Part shown: piece by piece, positions 40,678 to 50,575 of the stretch
Numbering within the stretch: position 1 is the first letter of the stretch
Layout of the letters: every line of letters begins with the position of its first letter
Assembly: GCA_947259105.1 (NCBI GenBank)
Contig: CAMYKU010000009.1
Location: forward strand, 1,333 to 65,332
Source: an uncultured Alphaproteobacteria bacterium
GTDB lineage: Bacteria > Pseudomonadota > Alphaproteobacteria > UBA8366 > JADFVY01
DNA: 64,000 nt
Reading direction: 5' to 3'
The notes under the pieces: generated by a model
The model's database searches: none
Told to the model about the DNA's origin: nothing
The model's input: only the letters and a program-made list of their open reading frames with translations
Program-made: the position numbers and the translations under genes

Positions 40678-41924
40678 GCGCCCAGGCCAGTATCATCGAG
40701 CCCGTGGCATTCGACGTCGACGCCGTGCGCCGGGACTTTCCGATCCTGTCGCGTGAGGTTCACGGCCAGAAGCTGGTGTTTCTCGACAGCGCGGCATCGG
40801 CGCAGAAGCCGCGCCAGGTTCTGGATGCGGAGCGGCACATCTACGAGCACGAATACGCCAACGTGCATCGCGGCATCCATTATCTGAGCCAGGTCTGCAC
40901 CGACCGGATGGAGGCGGCGCGCGAGAAGGTGCGCGCCTTCCTGAACGCCGGCAGCGAGAAGGAGATCGTCTTCACCCGCAACGCGACGGAGTCGATCAAC
41001 CTCGTCGCCGCGTCCTGGGGCCGGACCTTCCTGAACGAAGGTGACGAGATCGTCATCTCCGAGATGGAGCATCACTCCAACATCATCCCGTGGCAGTTCC
41101 TGCGGGACGAGAAGGGCATCGTGCTGCGCATCGCGCCGGTCGGCGACGAGGGCGAATTCCTCATGGACGATTTCGCCGGGCTGCTGAACGAACGCACGAA
41201 GCTGGTCGCGATCACCCATATGTCGAACGTGCTCGGCACCATCGTGCCGGTGAAGGATGTCGTGCGCATGGCGCACGATGCGGGCGCCAAGGTACTGCTG
41301 GACGGCGCGCAGGCGGTGACCCACATTCCGGTGGACGTTAAGGACCTGGACTGCGATTTTTACGTCTTCTCGGGACACAAGCTTTACGGGCCGTCGGGCA
41401 TCGGCGTGCTGTACGCCAAAGAGGCGCTGCTGGATGCGATGCCGCCCTATATGGGCGGCGGCGAGATGATCCGCAGCGTGACCTTCGAGAAGGCCGAATG
41501 GGCGGACCTGCCCTACAAGTTCGAGGCCGGCACGCCGGCCATCGCACAGTCGGTGGGGCTGGGCGCCGCGGTCGATTACGTGACCGGCCTGGGCCTGGAT
41601 GCGATCGGCGCCCATGAGGCCGACCTCCTGACCTATGCCAACCAGCGGCTGTCCTCGATCGACGGGCTGAAGCTGATCGGCACGGCGCCGGGCAAGTCGA
41701 GCGTCGTGTCCTTCACCATGGACTGCGCGCACCCGCACGACATCGGCACGCTGGTCGACCGCGCGGGCGTCGCGATCCGGGTCGGCCATCACTGTGCGCA
41801 GCCGCTGATGGACCGCATGGGCGTCGCCGCCACGGCGCGGGCGTCCTTCGGGCTTTACAACACGCGCGCCGAGGTCGATGTGCTGACCCGGGCGCTGGAA
41901 GGGGTAAGGGAGTTCTTCGGCTGA
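40674..41924 (+). CDS. sufS: cysteine desulfurase SufS (group II)
   Basis: HHSNIIPWQ, PLP lysine SGHKLYGPSGIGVLY, RVGHHCAQP active-site Cys. ATGA overlap with sufD. Confidence 0.9.
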   Translation: MSAQASIIEPVAFDVDAVRRDFPILSREVHGQKLVFLDSAASAQKPRQVLDAERHIYEHEYANVHRGIHYLSQVCTDRMEAAREKVRAFLNAGSEKEIVFTRNATESINLVAASWGRTFLNEGDEIVISEMEHHSNIIPWQFLRDEKGIVLRIAPVGDEGEFLMDDFAGLLNERTKLVAITHMSNVLGTIVPVKDVVRMAHDAGAKVLLDGAQAVTHIPVDVKDLDCDFYVFSGHKLYGPSGIGVLYAKEALLDAMPPYMGGGEMIRSVTFEKAEWADLPYKFEAGTPAIAQSVGLGAAVDYVTGLGLDAIGAHEADLLTYANQRLSSIDGLKLIGTAPGKSSVVSFTMDCAHPHDIGTLVDRAGVAIRVGHHCAQPLMDRMGVAATARASFGLYNTRAEVDVLTRALEGVREFFG

Positions 41925-42406
41925 TGTTCGACGAGTTGCGAGAACTGTACCAGGAGGTGATCCTGGACCATGGCAAGAGCCCGCGGAATTTCCGCGCGAT
42001 CGCGGACGCGCGGTATCACGCCCATGGCCACAATCCGATGTGCGGCGACCAGCTGGAAGTGTTCGTCGTGACCGACGATGGCGGTCGCATCGCGGACGTA
42101 AGCTTTGTCGGCAAGGGCTGTGCGATTTCGGTTGCCTCGGCCTCGCTGATGACCGAAATCCTGCGCGGCAAGACGGTCGACGAGGCGCGGCGCATGTTCG
42201 ACGGTTTCCATGAGATGTGCACCACCGGCGCGGACGATCCCCTGGCGGAACTGCCGGAGGAGGACGCGGACCGCCTGCAAGTGCTGTCCGGTGTGCGGGA
42301 GTTCCCGATGCGGGTGAAATGCGCGACGCTGGCCTGGCACACGATGAACGCCGCGACCAAGGGCATAGACGAAATCTCAACCGACGACGGGCTGGGAGCA
42401 GGATGA
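41924..42406 (+). CDS. sufU: SUF-system NifU-family Fe-S assembly protein (SufU-type)
   Basis: Three conserved Cys contexts (NPMCGD, GKGCAIS, VKCATLAW). 1-nt overlap with the sufS stop (TGATG). Confidence 0.75.
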   Translation: MFDELRELYQEVILDHGKSPRNFRAIADARYHAHGHNPMCGDQLEVFVVTDDGGRIADVSFVGKGCAISVASASLMTEILRGKTVDEARRMFDGFHEMCTTGADDPLAELPEEDADRLQVLSGVREFPMRVKCATLAWHTMNAATKGIDEISTDDGLGAG

Positions 42407-42807
42407 TGACGCAACATGCATCGACGATCCGGGATTTCATGCCGCTGTCCTCGCCGGCGGACGGCAAGGCACGGGCCGGCGCTCCGCTTGCGAGCGGCAC
42501 GCCGATCGCCGGCCGCGAGGCGGTTGTCGAGGCGCTGAAGACCGTGCACGACCCGGAAATCCCGGTGAACATCCACGATCTCGGCCTGATCTACGATCTG
42601 GAGGTCGAAAACGACGGCAAGGTCCTGATCGGCATGACCCTGACCGCGCCGGCCTGCCCGGTCGCCGGCGAGATGCCGCAATGGGTCGCCGATGCGGTGG
42701 CCGCGGTCGAGGGCGTCGGCGAGGTCGAGGTCTCCATGGTCTGGGACCCGCCCTGGTCGCCCGAACGCATGTCGGAAGACGCCAAGATGCTGCTGGACAT
42801 GGGCTGA
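42403..42807 (+). CDS. sufT: DUF59 Fe-S assembly protein SufT
   Basis: VHDPEIPVNIHDLGLIY...TLTAPACPVAG is the MIP18/DUF59 signature. ATG 42403 overlaps the sufU stop. Confidence 0.8.
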   Translation: MMTQHASTIRDFMPLSSPADGKARAGAPLASGTPIAGREAVVEALKTVHDPEIPVNIHDLGLIYDLEVENDGKVLIGMTLTAPACPVAGEMPQWVADAVAAVEGVGEVEVSMVWDPPWSPERMSEDAKMLLDMG

Positions 42808-42837
42808 GACTGACGCAAGGAAAATTCGAGGCGGAAA

Positions 42838-43182
42838 ATGAATATGGAACGACCGAAACTGATGACCCTGACCGACGCCGCGGCCGAGCGCGTGAAGGTT
42901 CTTATGGCGCAGGCGGACAAGCCGGTCATCGGGGTGCGCGTGGGCGTTACGACCCAGGGCTGCTCGGGCATGAGCTACAAGATGGAATATGCCGAAGAGG
43001 AGCTGCCCTTCGAGGAAGTCGTCGAGGACAAGGGCGTGAAGATCTTCGTCGACCCGGCGGCGACGATGTTCCTCATCGGATCGGAGATGGACTGGCTGGA
43101 GGACAAGCTCGAATCGCGCTTCGTATTCAACAATCCCAACGCCAAGGGCGCGTGCGGGTGCGGTGAGTCTTTTCACGTCTGA
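42838..43182 (+). CDS. sufA: A-type Fe-S cluster carrier (SufA/IscA/ErpA family)
   Basis: GCSGMSY ... CGCGESF Cys ligand pattern. 114 aa. Confidence 0.85.
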   Translation: MNMERPKLMTLTDAAAERVKVLMAQADKPVIGVRVGVTTQGCSGMSYKMEYAEEELPFEEVVEDKGVKIFVDPAATMFLIGSEMDWLEDKLESRFVFNNPNAKGACGCGESFHV

Positions 43183-43267
43183 GCATTCGCTTTATACCGA
43201 TACCGCGCCGCGGCCGGCCGGACCGCGGCGCGCGTTCGAAGAGTCCCTGCACCAAGGCTGATCGCGC

Positions 43268-43600
43268 ATGCCCAGGATGACCTTCATAGAGCCCGACGGC
43301 ACCCGCAGGGAAGTCGACGCGCCGCTTGGCCTGTCGATCCTCGAGGTCGCGCACCGCAACGACATCGATATCGAGGGGGCCTGCGGCGGCTCGCTGTCGT
43401 GTTCGACCTGCCATGTCATCGTCGATCCGGCCTGGTTCGGCAAGCTGCCGGAGCCGGACGAGGAAGAGGAGGATATGCTCGACCTCGCCTTCGGCCTTAC
43501 GCGCACCTCGCGCCTCTGCTGCCAGATCATCGTTACCGAGGCGCTGGACGGCATCACCGTCACCCTGCCGGAAGAGACGCACAATTTCCTGCTGGACTGA
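43268..43600 (+). CDS. fdx: 2Fe-2S ferredoxin (adrenodoxin type)
   Basis: [12 protein letters not shown] ... CCQ cysteine pattern. 110 aa. Confidence 0.85.
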   Translation: MPRMTFIEPDGTRREVDAPLGLSILEVAHRNDIDIEGACGGSLSCSTCHVIVDPAWFGKLPEPDEEEEDMLDLAFGLTRTSRLCCQIIVTEALDGITVTLPEETHNFLLD

Positions 43601-43698
43601 CGCCGTGGCGGGGGGCGTCTAATTGTTCCCGCCATAACCCGCTATTAACCCTGTTGCCGTTAGGAATGTGCATGAAATGGCTTTCCTGCCGGTAGATC

Positions 43699-44829
43699 AT
43701 GCGCATCGTCTTCTGGGGAACATACGATCTGGGCAAGCCCCGCAACCGGATTCTGCGGCGCGGGATGCGGGAGGCCGGCGTCGATCTCGTCGAGATTCAC
43801 GGGGATGTCTGGAGCGGCATAGAGGACAAGGGCCAGATCGCCGGGGCCGGGCGGAAACTGTGGCTGCTCGTCAAATGGCTGGCCGCCTATCCGCCTCTGG
43901 TCTGGCGCTATCTGCGCGCGCCGCGGCACGATGCGGTATTGATCGGCTATATGGGGCATCTCGATGTGCTCGTCCTGTGGCCGTTCGCGAAACTGCGCGG
44001 CGTCCCCGTCGTCTGGGACGCCTTCCTGTCGCTGTACGACACCGTGGTCGAGGACAGGCGCGTGGTCGGCCGCCGCAATCCGCTGGCCTGGCTCCTGTTC
44101 GCCTGGGAGTGGCTGGCCTGCCGGGCCGCGCAGCTGGTCGTGCTGGATACAAGGACGCATGCCGCCCATTTCGCGGAACGCTATCGGCTGCGGCCCGGGA
44201 AGACCGCGTTTGTCTTCGTTGGGGCGGAGCCCGAGGCGTTCCACGCCGCCGACGTGAAGGGCGGCGACCCGCTGACCGTGCTGTTCTACGGCCAGTTCAT
44301 CCCGCTGCACGGTATCGAAACCATCGTACGCGCGGCCCAGATCGCGCAGGGCGAAGCGATCCGCTGGGTCCTGGTCGGGAGCGGTCAGGAAGCCGGACGC
44401 ATCCGCGCCCTGCTGGCTGAGGCGCCGGCGAATGTCGAATGGATCGAATGGGTCGCCTATGACAAGCTCAGCGAGCATGTCGCCCGGGCTGACGTCTGCC
44501 TTGGCATCTTCGGCGATACGGACAAGGCGGCGCGTGTGATTCCCAACAAGGTGTTCCAAGTGCTTTCGGCCGGCGCGCCGCTGATCACCCGCGATTCGCC
44601 GGCGATCCGCGAACTGCTGTCGCCCGACATGCCGGGCGTGTGGCTGGTGCCGCCGGCGGATCCGGAGGCGCTGCTCGGTGCGGTGCGGAAGCTCGGGGAG
44701 CAGTTCGAGAATCTGCACCGCCCGCTGCACCGCGAAGTGCTAACCCGCATTACGCCGGTCGAGATCGGCACCGCGTTGCTTCCGGTCTTGCAGCAAGTGT
44801 GCGCGGTCGACCGTGCGAGAACAGCGTAG
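43699..44829 (+). CDS. glycosyltransferase (GT-B fold, group 1/GT4-like)
   Basis: 376 aa, MRIVFWGTYDLGKPRN N-terminus. The C-terminal half has LVGSG...NKVFQVLSAGAPLIT, typical of group-1 GTs. Confidence 0.7.
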   Translation: MRIVFWGTYDLGKPRNRILRRGMREAGVDLVEIHGDVWSGIEDKGQIAGAGRKLWLLVKWLAAYPPLVWRYLRAPRHDAVLIGYMGHLDVLVLWPFAKLRGVPVVWDAFLSLYDTVVEDRRVVGRRNPLAWLLFAWEWLACRAAQLVVLDTRTHAAHFAERYRLRPGKTAFVFVGAEPEAFHAADVKGGDPLTVLFYGQFIPLHGIETIVRAAQIAQGEAIRWVLVGSGQEAGRIRALLAEAPANVEWIEWVAYDKLSEHVARADVCLGIFGDTDKAARVIPNKVFQVLSAGAPLITRDSPAIRELLSPDMPGVWLVPPADPEALLGAVRKLGEQFENLHRPLHREVLTRITPVEIGTALLPVLQQVCAVDRARTA

Positions 44830-44842
44830 GGAACGCCGGCCG

Positions 44843-45766
44843 ATGCCGAGAATAGTCCGACGAATTGTTCACATCCTGCGATACGAGGGGCCCTTGGCGC
44901 TGCTGGGGCAGGCGCTGCGCGTCGGATTGGAGCACATCCATCCGCCGCGCTGCCGCTGCGCGGCGATGTGCAGAGCCTCGATCAAGGGGAAGACGGGGAT
45001 CGAGATTGGCGGTCCCAGCAAGATCTTCAGCAATCGCGGGCGAATTCCGGTATACGGCAGCGCGGCGGGAATCGACGGCGCGAACTATGCCGCGAGCACT
45101 GTCTGGGCCGACAGCCTGGGCGAGGACCGGCCCTATGAAGTTGGCGGGCGCCGCACGGGCCGCCAGTATGTGCGCGAAGGAACCGATCTGCACGGCATCG
45201 AGTCCGGAGCATACGATTTCGTTCTGTCGTCCCACGCCATCGAGCATATCGCCAACCCCCTGGGCGCGCTTGGAGAATGGCAGCGGGTGCTGCGCGGCGG
45301 AGGCACGCTGGTGCTGGTGATACCGCACAAGGACGCGACGTTCGACCACCGTCGGCCGGTGACGCCCCTCGAGCATCTGGAGCGGGATCTGGCCGCGAAT
45401 ATGGGAGAGGACGACCTGACACACTTGCCCGAAATTCTGGAGCTTCACGACCGGACGCGCGACTGGGGCGCGGGCGACGCCGAGGAATTCCGCCGTCGCT
45501 GCGAGGACAACCTGGCGACCAGATGCCTCCACCACCACGTCTTTGACACCGATCTCGCGGTGCGGCTGGCCGATCGCGCGGGGTTCCGGATACTGGCGGT
45601 CGAGCCCGCATACCCCAACAATATCGTCGTCGTTGGGGCGAAGCCCGAATCGGGCACGATCGCCGACAATGCCGCATTCCTGAATGCGGCGGCGGAATGG
45701 CGGACCCGGAGTCCCTTCCCCTCCGACCGGACCGGTGCGGCGCGAACGGCCGTGGGTGGTGTCTGA
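44843..45766 (+). CDS. class I SAM-dependent methyltransferase
   Basis: FDFVLSSHAIEHIANPLGALGEWQRVLRGGGTLVLVIP is Methyltransf_11-like. Internal Met of ORF 44813... Confidence 0.7.
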   Translation: MPRIVRRIVHILRYEGPLALLGQALRVGLEHIHPPRCRCAAMCRASIKGKTGIEIGGPSKIFSNRGRIPVYGSAAGIDGANYAASTVWADSLGEDRPYEVGGRRTGRQYVREGTDLHGIESGAYDFVLSSHAIEHIANPLGALGEWQRVLRGGGTLVLVIPHKDATFDHRRPVTPLEHLERDLAANMGEDDLTHLPEILELHDRTRDWGAGDAEEFRRRCEDNLATRCLHHHVFDTDLAVRLADRAGFRILAVEPAYPNNIVVVGAKPESGTIADNAAFLNAAAEWRTRSPFPSDRTGAARTAVGGV

Positions 45767-45769
45767 ACG

Positions 45770-46723
45770 ATGGCGCAGGCGAACATCGATATCCTGCTGG
45801 CGACCTACAATGGCGAGCGCTATCTGGCCGAGCAGATCGATTCGGTTCTCGCCCAGAGATTCGACGACTGGCGGCTGATCGCCCGCGACGACGGATCGTC
45901 GGACGGTACCGTTGCGATCCTCCAGGACTATTCCGCACGCCACCCGGACCGGATCGTGCTGCTGGATGATGGTGACCGGGGCCTTGGTGCAAGTGGCAAT
46001 TTCAGCCGGCTGATGGAGTATGCCGCGGCCGACTACGTCATGTTTTGCGACCAGGATGACGTCTGGCTGCCCGGAAAGATTGACCGGCTGCTCGAAGCGA
46101 TGCACGCGCTGGAGGCTGAAAACGGTTCCGATATCCCGCTTATCGTGCACAGCGATCTGACAGTCGTCGGGCGAAATCTCGAGGAATTGCATCACTCATT
46201 CTGGAAATTCCAGACCATTGATCCTGCGTTCGGCCGGTCCTTCAACCGCCTGCTGATCCAGAATGTCGTGACCGGTTGCGCGTCGTTGTGCAATCGCAAG
46301 CTGATTGAAACGTCGCTTCCGGTGCCCCCGGAGGCGATGATGCATGATTGGTGGTTGGCCCTGGTAGCGGCAAGTTTCGGGCACGTTGCCTCGGTTCCCG
46401 AGGCGACCGTCTTGTACCGCCAACACGGCGAAAACACGCTGGGCGCAAAGCAATTCGGATTCCGGACGATGTTCCTCAGGGGGATAAAAACGCCGGGACG
46501 GGCCTATTCGAGGGCGCGTAGCGTTATTGGGGCGACCGAGCGACAGGCGCAGGCGTTGCTGCAACGGTACGGCGAATGGATGCCCGACGCGATCCGGGAG
46601 ACCGTATCGCGTTATGCGACGCTTTCGGTGCAAGGGTATATCGCGAGACGGCTTACGATCATACGATATCGGTTCCTCACCAAGGGGCTGTTTCGCCAAC
46701 TCATAGTGCTGGCCGCTGCGTGA
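45770..46723 (+). CDS. glycosyltransferase family 2
   Basis: IDILLATYNGERYLAEQIDSVLAQ...ARDDGSSDGT and FCDQDD (DxD) motifs. Confidence 0.85.
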   Translation: MAQANIDILLATYNGERYLAEQIDSVLAQRFDDWRLIARDDGSSDGTVAILQDYSARHPDRIVLLDDGDRGLGASGNFSRLMEYAAADYVMFCDQDDVWLPGKIDRLLEAMHALEAENGSDIPLIVHSDLTVVGRNLEELHHSFWKFQTIDPAFGRSFNRLLIQNVVTGCASLCNRKLIETSLPVPPEAMMHDWWLALVAASFGHVASVPEATVLYRQHGENTLGAKQFGFRTMFLRGIKTPGRAYSRARSVIGATERQAQALLQRYGEWMPDAIRETVSRYATLSVQGYIARRLTIIRYRFLTKGLFRQLIVLAAA

Positions 46724-46732
46724 GGGATTGGG

Positions 46733-47689
46733 ATGCTAAAGGGCAACCTGTATGATACGCTCAAGTTCTGGGTTATCCGGCTCCTCGTGCTATACGATGC
46801 AGTGCTGCGCCGGTTGCAGCCCCGCGGGCCCGCTTTCCTCCACGTGGACGTCGGCGCTGTCGCCCCCGGAAGCCGGCGCATGCTTTGCGTTTTCGCCCAC
46901 TACGATCGCGATGGCCTGGTGGACGATTATGTCCTTCATTACCTGGCCAGATTGAACGAATTGGGCTGCGAAATTATCTTCGTTAGCAATGCGCCGGGTC
47001 TGGGCGAGGCCGGGATCGCGCGCGTCCGCGAATATTGCTCTCGTGTCATCGCGCGTGAAAACGTGGGGTATGATTTTGGTTCCTGGCGCGACGGGCTGGC
47101 GAGCTGCGGCGACCTCTCCCTTTACGACCGGATAATTATCGCCAACGACAGCGTTTATGGCCCGATTCACGATATCGGGCCAGTGTTCCGGGCCATGGAA
47201 AGCCAGGGCGCCAAGGCTTGGGGAATTACCGACTCATTGCGCTACGGAAGGCATTTGCAGAGCTATTTCCTGGTGTTCGATCGCACAGTGGCAATGAGCG
47301 CCGCGTTTCAGACGTTCTGGCGCGATCTTCCGGATTATCGGCTAAAGCATGTTGTCATCAATCGCTGCGAGGTCGGCCTCTCCCACAGGCTTCGGCGGGC
47401 CGGTTTCGCGCTTGCGGCCTATTGCGACTATCGCGAGATGGAAGCCGATCTCGTTGCTGCTGCAGGGAATGGTACAGACAGCAACTTGCCGCGATTGCCC
47501 GTTAACGTAACCCATCTTGCATGGGATATGCTGATTCGTGATTACGGCTGTCCCTTCGTGAAGGTGCAGCTTCTTCGGGACAATCCAAAAGGCGTCAGGG
47601 ACGCAAAGGATTGGGAGGCGGCGATCAGGGACACCTCCCGTTATGACGTGCGCCTGATCCGGCGGCACCTGCAGCGGGCAGGCGGCTGA
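46733..47689 (+). CDS. rhamnan synthesis F (RgpF) family polysaccharide biosynthesis protein
   Basis: VFAHYDRDGLVDDYVLHYL...IIFVSN...NDSVYGP matches COG3754/RgpF-type proteins as I remember them. Confidence 0.7.
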   Translation: MLKGNLYDTLKFWVIRLLVLYDAVLRRLQPRGPAFLHVDVGAVAPGSRRMLCVFAHYDRDGLVDDYVLHYLARLNELGCEIIFVSNAPGLGEAGIARVREYCSRVIARENVGYDFGSWRDGLASCGDLSLYDRIIIANDSVYGPIHDIGPVFRAMESQGAKAWGITDSLRYGRHLQSYFLVFDRTVAMSAAFQTFWRDLPDYRLKHVVINRCEVGLSHRLRRAGFALAAYCDYREMEADLVAAAGNGTDSNLPRLPVNVTHLAWDMLIRDYGCPFVKVQLLRDNPKGVRDAKDWEAAIRDTSRYDVRLIRRHLQRAGG

Positions 47690-47716
47690 GGAAGCCGCGC
47701 CGTCGTTAGCGATACG

Positions 47717-47914
47717 TCAAAGCCGCGCGCACTTCAGCGTGAGCACGAAGTTCCCTGCGACCACCTGCCGGCGGATGCGGTACCGCGCCAGGCACTTAAT
47801 TCGGCGCCTTGGTGGCAGCTCCAGAATTGTCGTGTAGGCGGTGACGGTGTCCAACGCGTCCTGATTGGGGCAGGCAAAATTCAGCCAGTCGCCGATGAAT
47901 GTGCACAGGGCCAA
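47717..47914 (-). pseudogene. possible C-terminal remnant of an IS5-family transposase
   Basis: The ORF ends ...RRRIKCLARYRIRRQVVAGNFVLTLKCARL. This loosely resembles the RRIATRYDK..NF(L/V) tail of DDE_Tnp_1 transposases (from memory). There is no N-terminal part and GC is reduced. Confidence 0.3.
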
Positions 47915-48039
47915 GGATACGGAAAGATCATCTGTTGTCTCGTTACCCAGAAGTCTTCCTCGGCGAGGTAATCGCTTTTCCAGTCGAATGGGCTAACGCC
48001 AGGCTATTTGAAGTTCAAACTTATTATCTTGGTCAATTG

Positions 48040-48138
48040 CTGATTTCCAACCCTTTCAAAATCATCCCGTCATACAGCAGCCTGGGCAACATGTTTATCG
48101 AGCAATTGTGGCGTTCCTTGAAATCCCACTGGGTCTGA
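48040..48138 (+). pseudogene. possible remnant of an rve-type (IS3-like) transposase
   Basis: GNMFIEQLWRSLK resembles the DN(I/A)FIERLWRSLKYE motif of integrase-core transposases. The frame stops right after it. The patch is AT-rich. Confidence 0.35.
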
Positions 48139-48213
48139 ATGCGTAGCTTTTCGGATGGACTGCGTCGCCGGGGCGGGGATCGGTGGTGCACAACCGCCAG
48201 GCACCCCACGCGG

Positions 48214-49089
48214 TCATTCGAATGCCATTCCCAAGGCACGGCGAAGACGGTCGATCAGTCGGCCCCATATGATGAGACAGCGCATCGCGAAGGTCGGGTC
48301 CAGGCAAGCCAATGGCCTCCCGGCCGCTTCGGCCCAGGGGGGGCGCAGTTCCGGGCGGAGATGGTCGGCGAGAAACTGCACCACCTCGCGGGTCGCCTCG
48401 ACCCGAGCTTCCCTGGGGCGGTTGACCCAGAAATTGCTGGAGTGAATTCGGTAGGTAGCCATCGGCCTTCCGATATTGCCGATCCAACCTGCCTGGGCGA
48501 GCAGCGCGAACAGGGCATAGTCCCCGACTTTGAGGGCGTTGAAGGCGGGGGGGAATTCGGGCAGGGCGCCGGCACGGAACATGACCGCACTCGTCTGCAC
48601 GAAGTTGCCAAAGGCAAGGTCCGCGCATTCCATGCGCCGCCCGCGCAGGTGCCGAGGCGGGAAGATGGCCTCGGACCGATCCGCAGCCTCGTTGTAGTAA
48701 ACGGTCTGTGTTTGGCAAAGGGCGCAGGCCGGGTTCGCGTCCAGAAAATCGGCCTGAACCTGCAGCTTCCGCGGGTCGTTCCAGAAGTCGTCGCCGTCCA
48801 GCAGGGCATAATACTCGCCCGCCATAGCGGCCATCAGGAGCAGTACGACGCGGCGGCCCTGGCCGAACTGGTTCTCGTCCTGCAGGATGGCGCGCAGCCG
48901 TCCGGGATGGGCAGCGGTGTATTCCGCGACGATCTCGCGGGTGCCGTCGGTCGAGCAGTCGTCATGTACGACGATATCGAACTCGAAATCGGTCCGCTGC
49001 GCAAGCACGCTGTCGAGCGCCTGCCGGACGTACCTGACGTGATTGAATGTGAATATTCCGACGCAAACTTTCGGACCGGGTCGGTTCAT
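48214..49089 (-). CDS. glycosyltransferase family 2
   Basis: VCVGIFTFNHVRYVRQALDSVLAQ...VVHDDCSTDGT and LLDGDD (DxD). Internal Met of ORF 48214..49146. High GC, unlike the upstream wzx. Confidence 0.85.
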   Translation of the reverse strand: MNRPGPKVCVGIFTFNHVRYVRQALDSVLAQRTDFEFDIVVHDDCSTDGTREIVAEYTAAHPGRLRAILQDENQFGQGRRVVLLLMAAMAGEYYALLDGDDFWNDPRKLQVQADFLDANPACALCQTQTVYYNEAADRSEAIFPPRHLRGRRMECADLAFGNFVQTSAVMFRAGALPEFPPAFNALKVGDYALFALLAQAGWIGNIGRPMATYRIHSSNFWVNRPREARVEATREVVQFLADHLRPELRPPWAEAAGRPLACLDPTFAMRCLIIWGRLIDRLRRALGMAFE

Positions 49090-49114
49090 CTTTCCCTCGC
49101 AAGCGGCTGGCTGG

Positions 49115-50575
49115 TCAATTTTGAATGTTAATGGTTTTTTGCGCATTATCCATAATGTATTGTTTCACCGCCATGAAATCACGGCGGCAAATTATTCGCG
49201 CGATTAAAGAGTAAAAAGTAATTCCAACAATACTTCCCAATATTAGCAAAATTACCGGGCCTTCGGATATGGTAGAAATAAATATCATTACCAAAACGCC
49301 AGCGGCTGAAGCTGCGGTCACAGGCCTTATTATATCGGAAAGCTGGGTGGCTGGGCCGTAGTCGATCAGCTTCACCGTGTAATAGGTATTAGGGCCAAGC
49401 GCCAAGATGGAAATTATAATTTGTCCAATCAGGATTCCGTAAATGCCGTAAGGAATAGATAGAATCAGCACCACGACATTAAGGGACTTTCTTACAATTC
49501 CGAGCCAAAGTACCAGATCGGAGCGACCCTTAATATTCAGGACGTTGTAGTTCATAAGATGCAACGGATAAAATAGTCCCGTAAGGCTCAATAATTGCAG
49601 GAAAATTGCGCTTTGCCGCCACCTCGGGTCCAAAAACACTTCAAATATAAGAGGCGACAGAACAGCCATCCCCGCAATAAGGGGAGCGACCATAAACATC
49701 GTAATGCTGATGATCCGCCGGTACATTTTCCTTAAGTTGTCGGGCTCGTCTTGAAGTGTCGAAAGCGCAGGAAAGGCGGCCTGAGCAACGGCACCGGCGA
49801 TCTGCGGCGCAATCAGGTCGTTGACCCGGCTCGCGAGGAAATACAGGCCCACCAACTCGGCGCTGAAGAGCTTTCCAATCACCACAAAGAACGCGTTGCG
49901 GTAAAGGACGTCAATCGTACTTTCCAACAGGATTTTGTAGCCAAACCGCAACATCTGCCAGAATGATGCCGTGCTGAATTCCCAGGTCGGCCTCCAGGCA
50001 CCCTGAAACCATATTATCGCCCCTGTAAGCAGCCGCGCCGCGACCATCTGGAAAACCAGGCTCCAGACACCGTATCCGGCGTACGCCAGAACCAGAGCCA
50101 ACACTCCTGAGGCTAGCGTCCCTGTAACCGTAGCGTACATGATTGCGCGAAAGCGCATCTGGCGCCTGAGCAAAGTGTCCTGGACGAGGATTAATGAATT
50201 GATGAATAGTACTACCCCGGTGACGCGAATCAGGTTTGTAAGAGCAGGCTGCTCGTAAAAATCGGCCGCGACCGGGGCAATAAAGAACAGGCCAAGATAG
50301 GCAATCGCACTAAAGAGGATGTTGGAAAAAAACGCGGTGGAAAGATCGGTATCGGAAATCGAAGCGCTTCGTATCAAAGCCTGCTGTAGCCCCGAATTCA
50401 CGACCATATTTGCCAGTTCGAAGAACACCGACATCATTGCTATGATGCCAAAGGCTTCGGGCGCGAGTAATCTGGTGAGGAGCAGAGTAAATACAATCGA
50501 CGCGCCACGGCTGACAAGCAGGTTCACCAGGTTCCAGGCAGCCCCGGACCCAATTTTCGCGCCAATTCCATTCAA
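49115..50575 (-). CDS. wzx: oligosaccharide-unit flippase (Wzx, MOP superfamily)
   Basis: 486 aa with about 12-14 hydrophobic segments. The N-terminal GSGAAWNLVNLLVSRGASIVFTLLLTRLLAPEAFG is typical of polysaccharide biosynthesis/export proteins. Low GC. Confidence 0.8.
   Translation of the reverse strand: MNGIGAKIGSGAAWNLVNLLVSRGASIVFTLLLTRLLAPEAFGIIAMMSVFFELANMVVNSGLQQALIRSASISDTDLSTAFFSNILFSAIAYLGLFFIAPVAADFYEQPALTNLIRVTGVVLFINSLILVQDTLLRRQMRFRAIMYATVTGTLASGVLALVLAYAGYGVWSLVFQMVAARLLTGAIIWFQGAWRPTWEFSTASFWQMLRFGYKILLESTIDVLYRNAFFVVIGKLFSAELVGLYFLASRVNDLIAPQIAGAVAQAAFPALSTLQDEPDNLRKMYRRIISITMFMVAPLIAGMAVLSPLIFEVFLDPRWRQSAIFLQLLSLTGLFYPLHLMNYNVLNIKGRSDLVLWLGIVRKSLNVVVLILSIPYGIYGILIGQIIISILALGPNTYYTVKLIDYGPATQLSDIIRPVTAASAAGVLVMIFISTISEGPVILLILGSIVGITFYSLIARIICRRDFMAVKQYIMDNAQKTINIQN

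Noticed and set aside
43599-43619. GACGCC-N9-GGCGTC hairpin overlapping the fdx stop codon as the terminator of the suf operon.
   Set aside because: Only a 6-bp stem with a weak T-tract (taattgtt). It is plausible but too weak to list as a feature.
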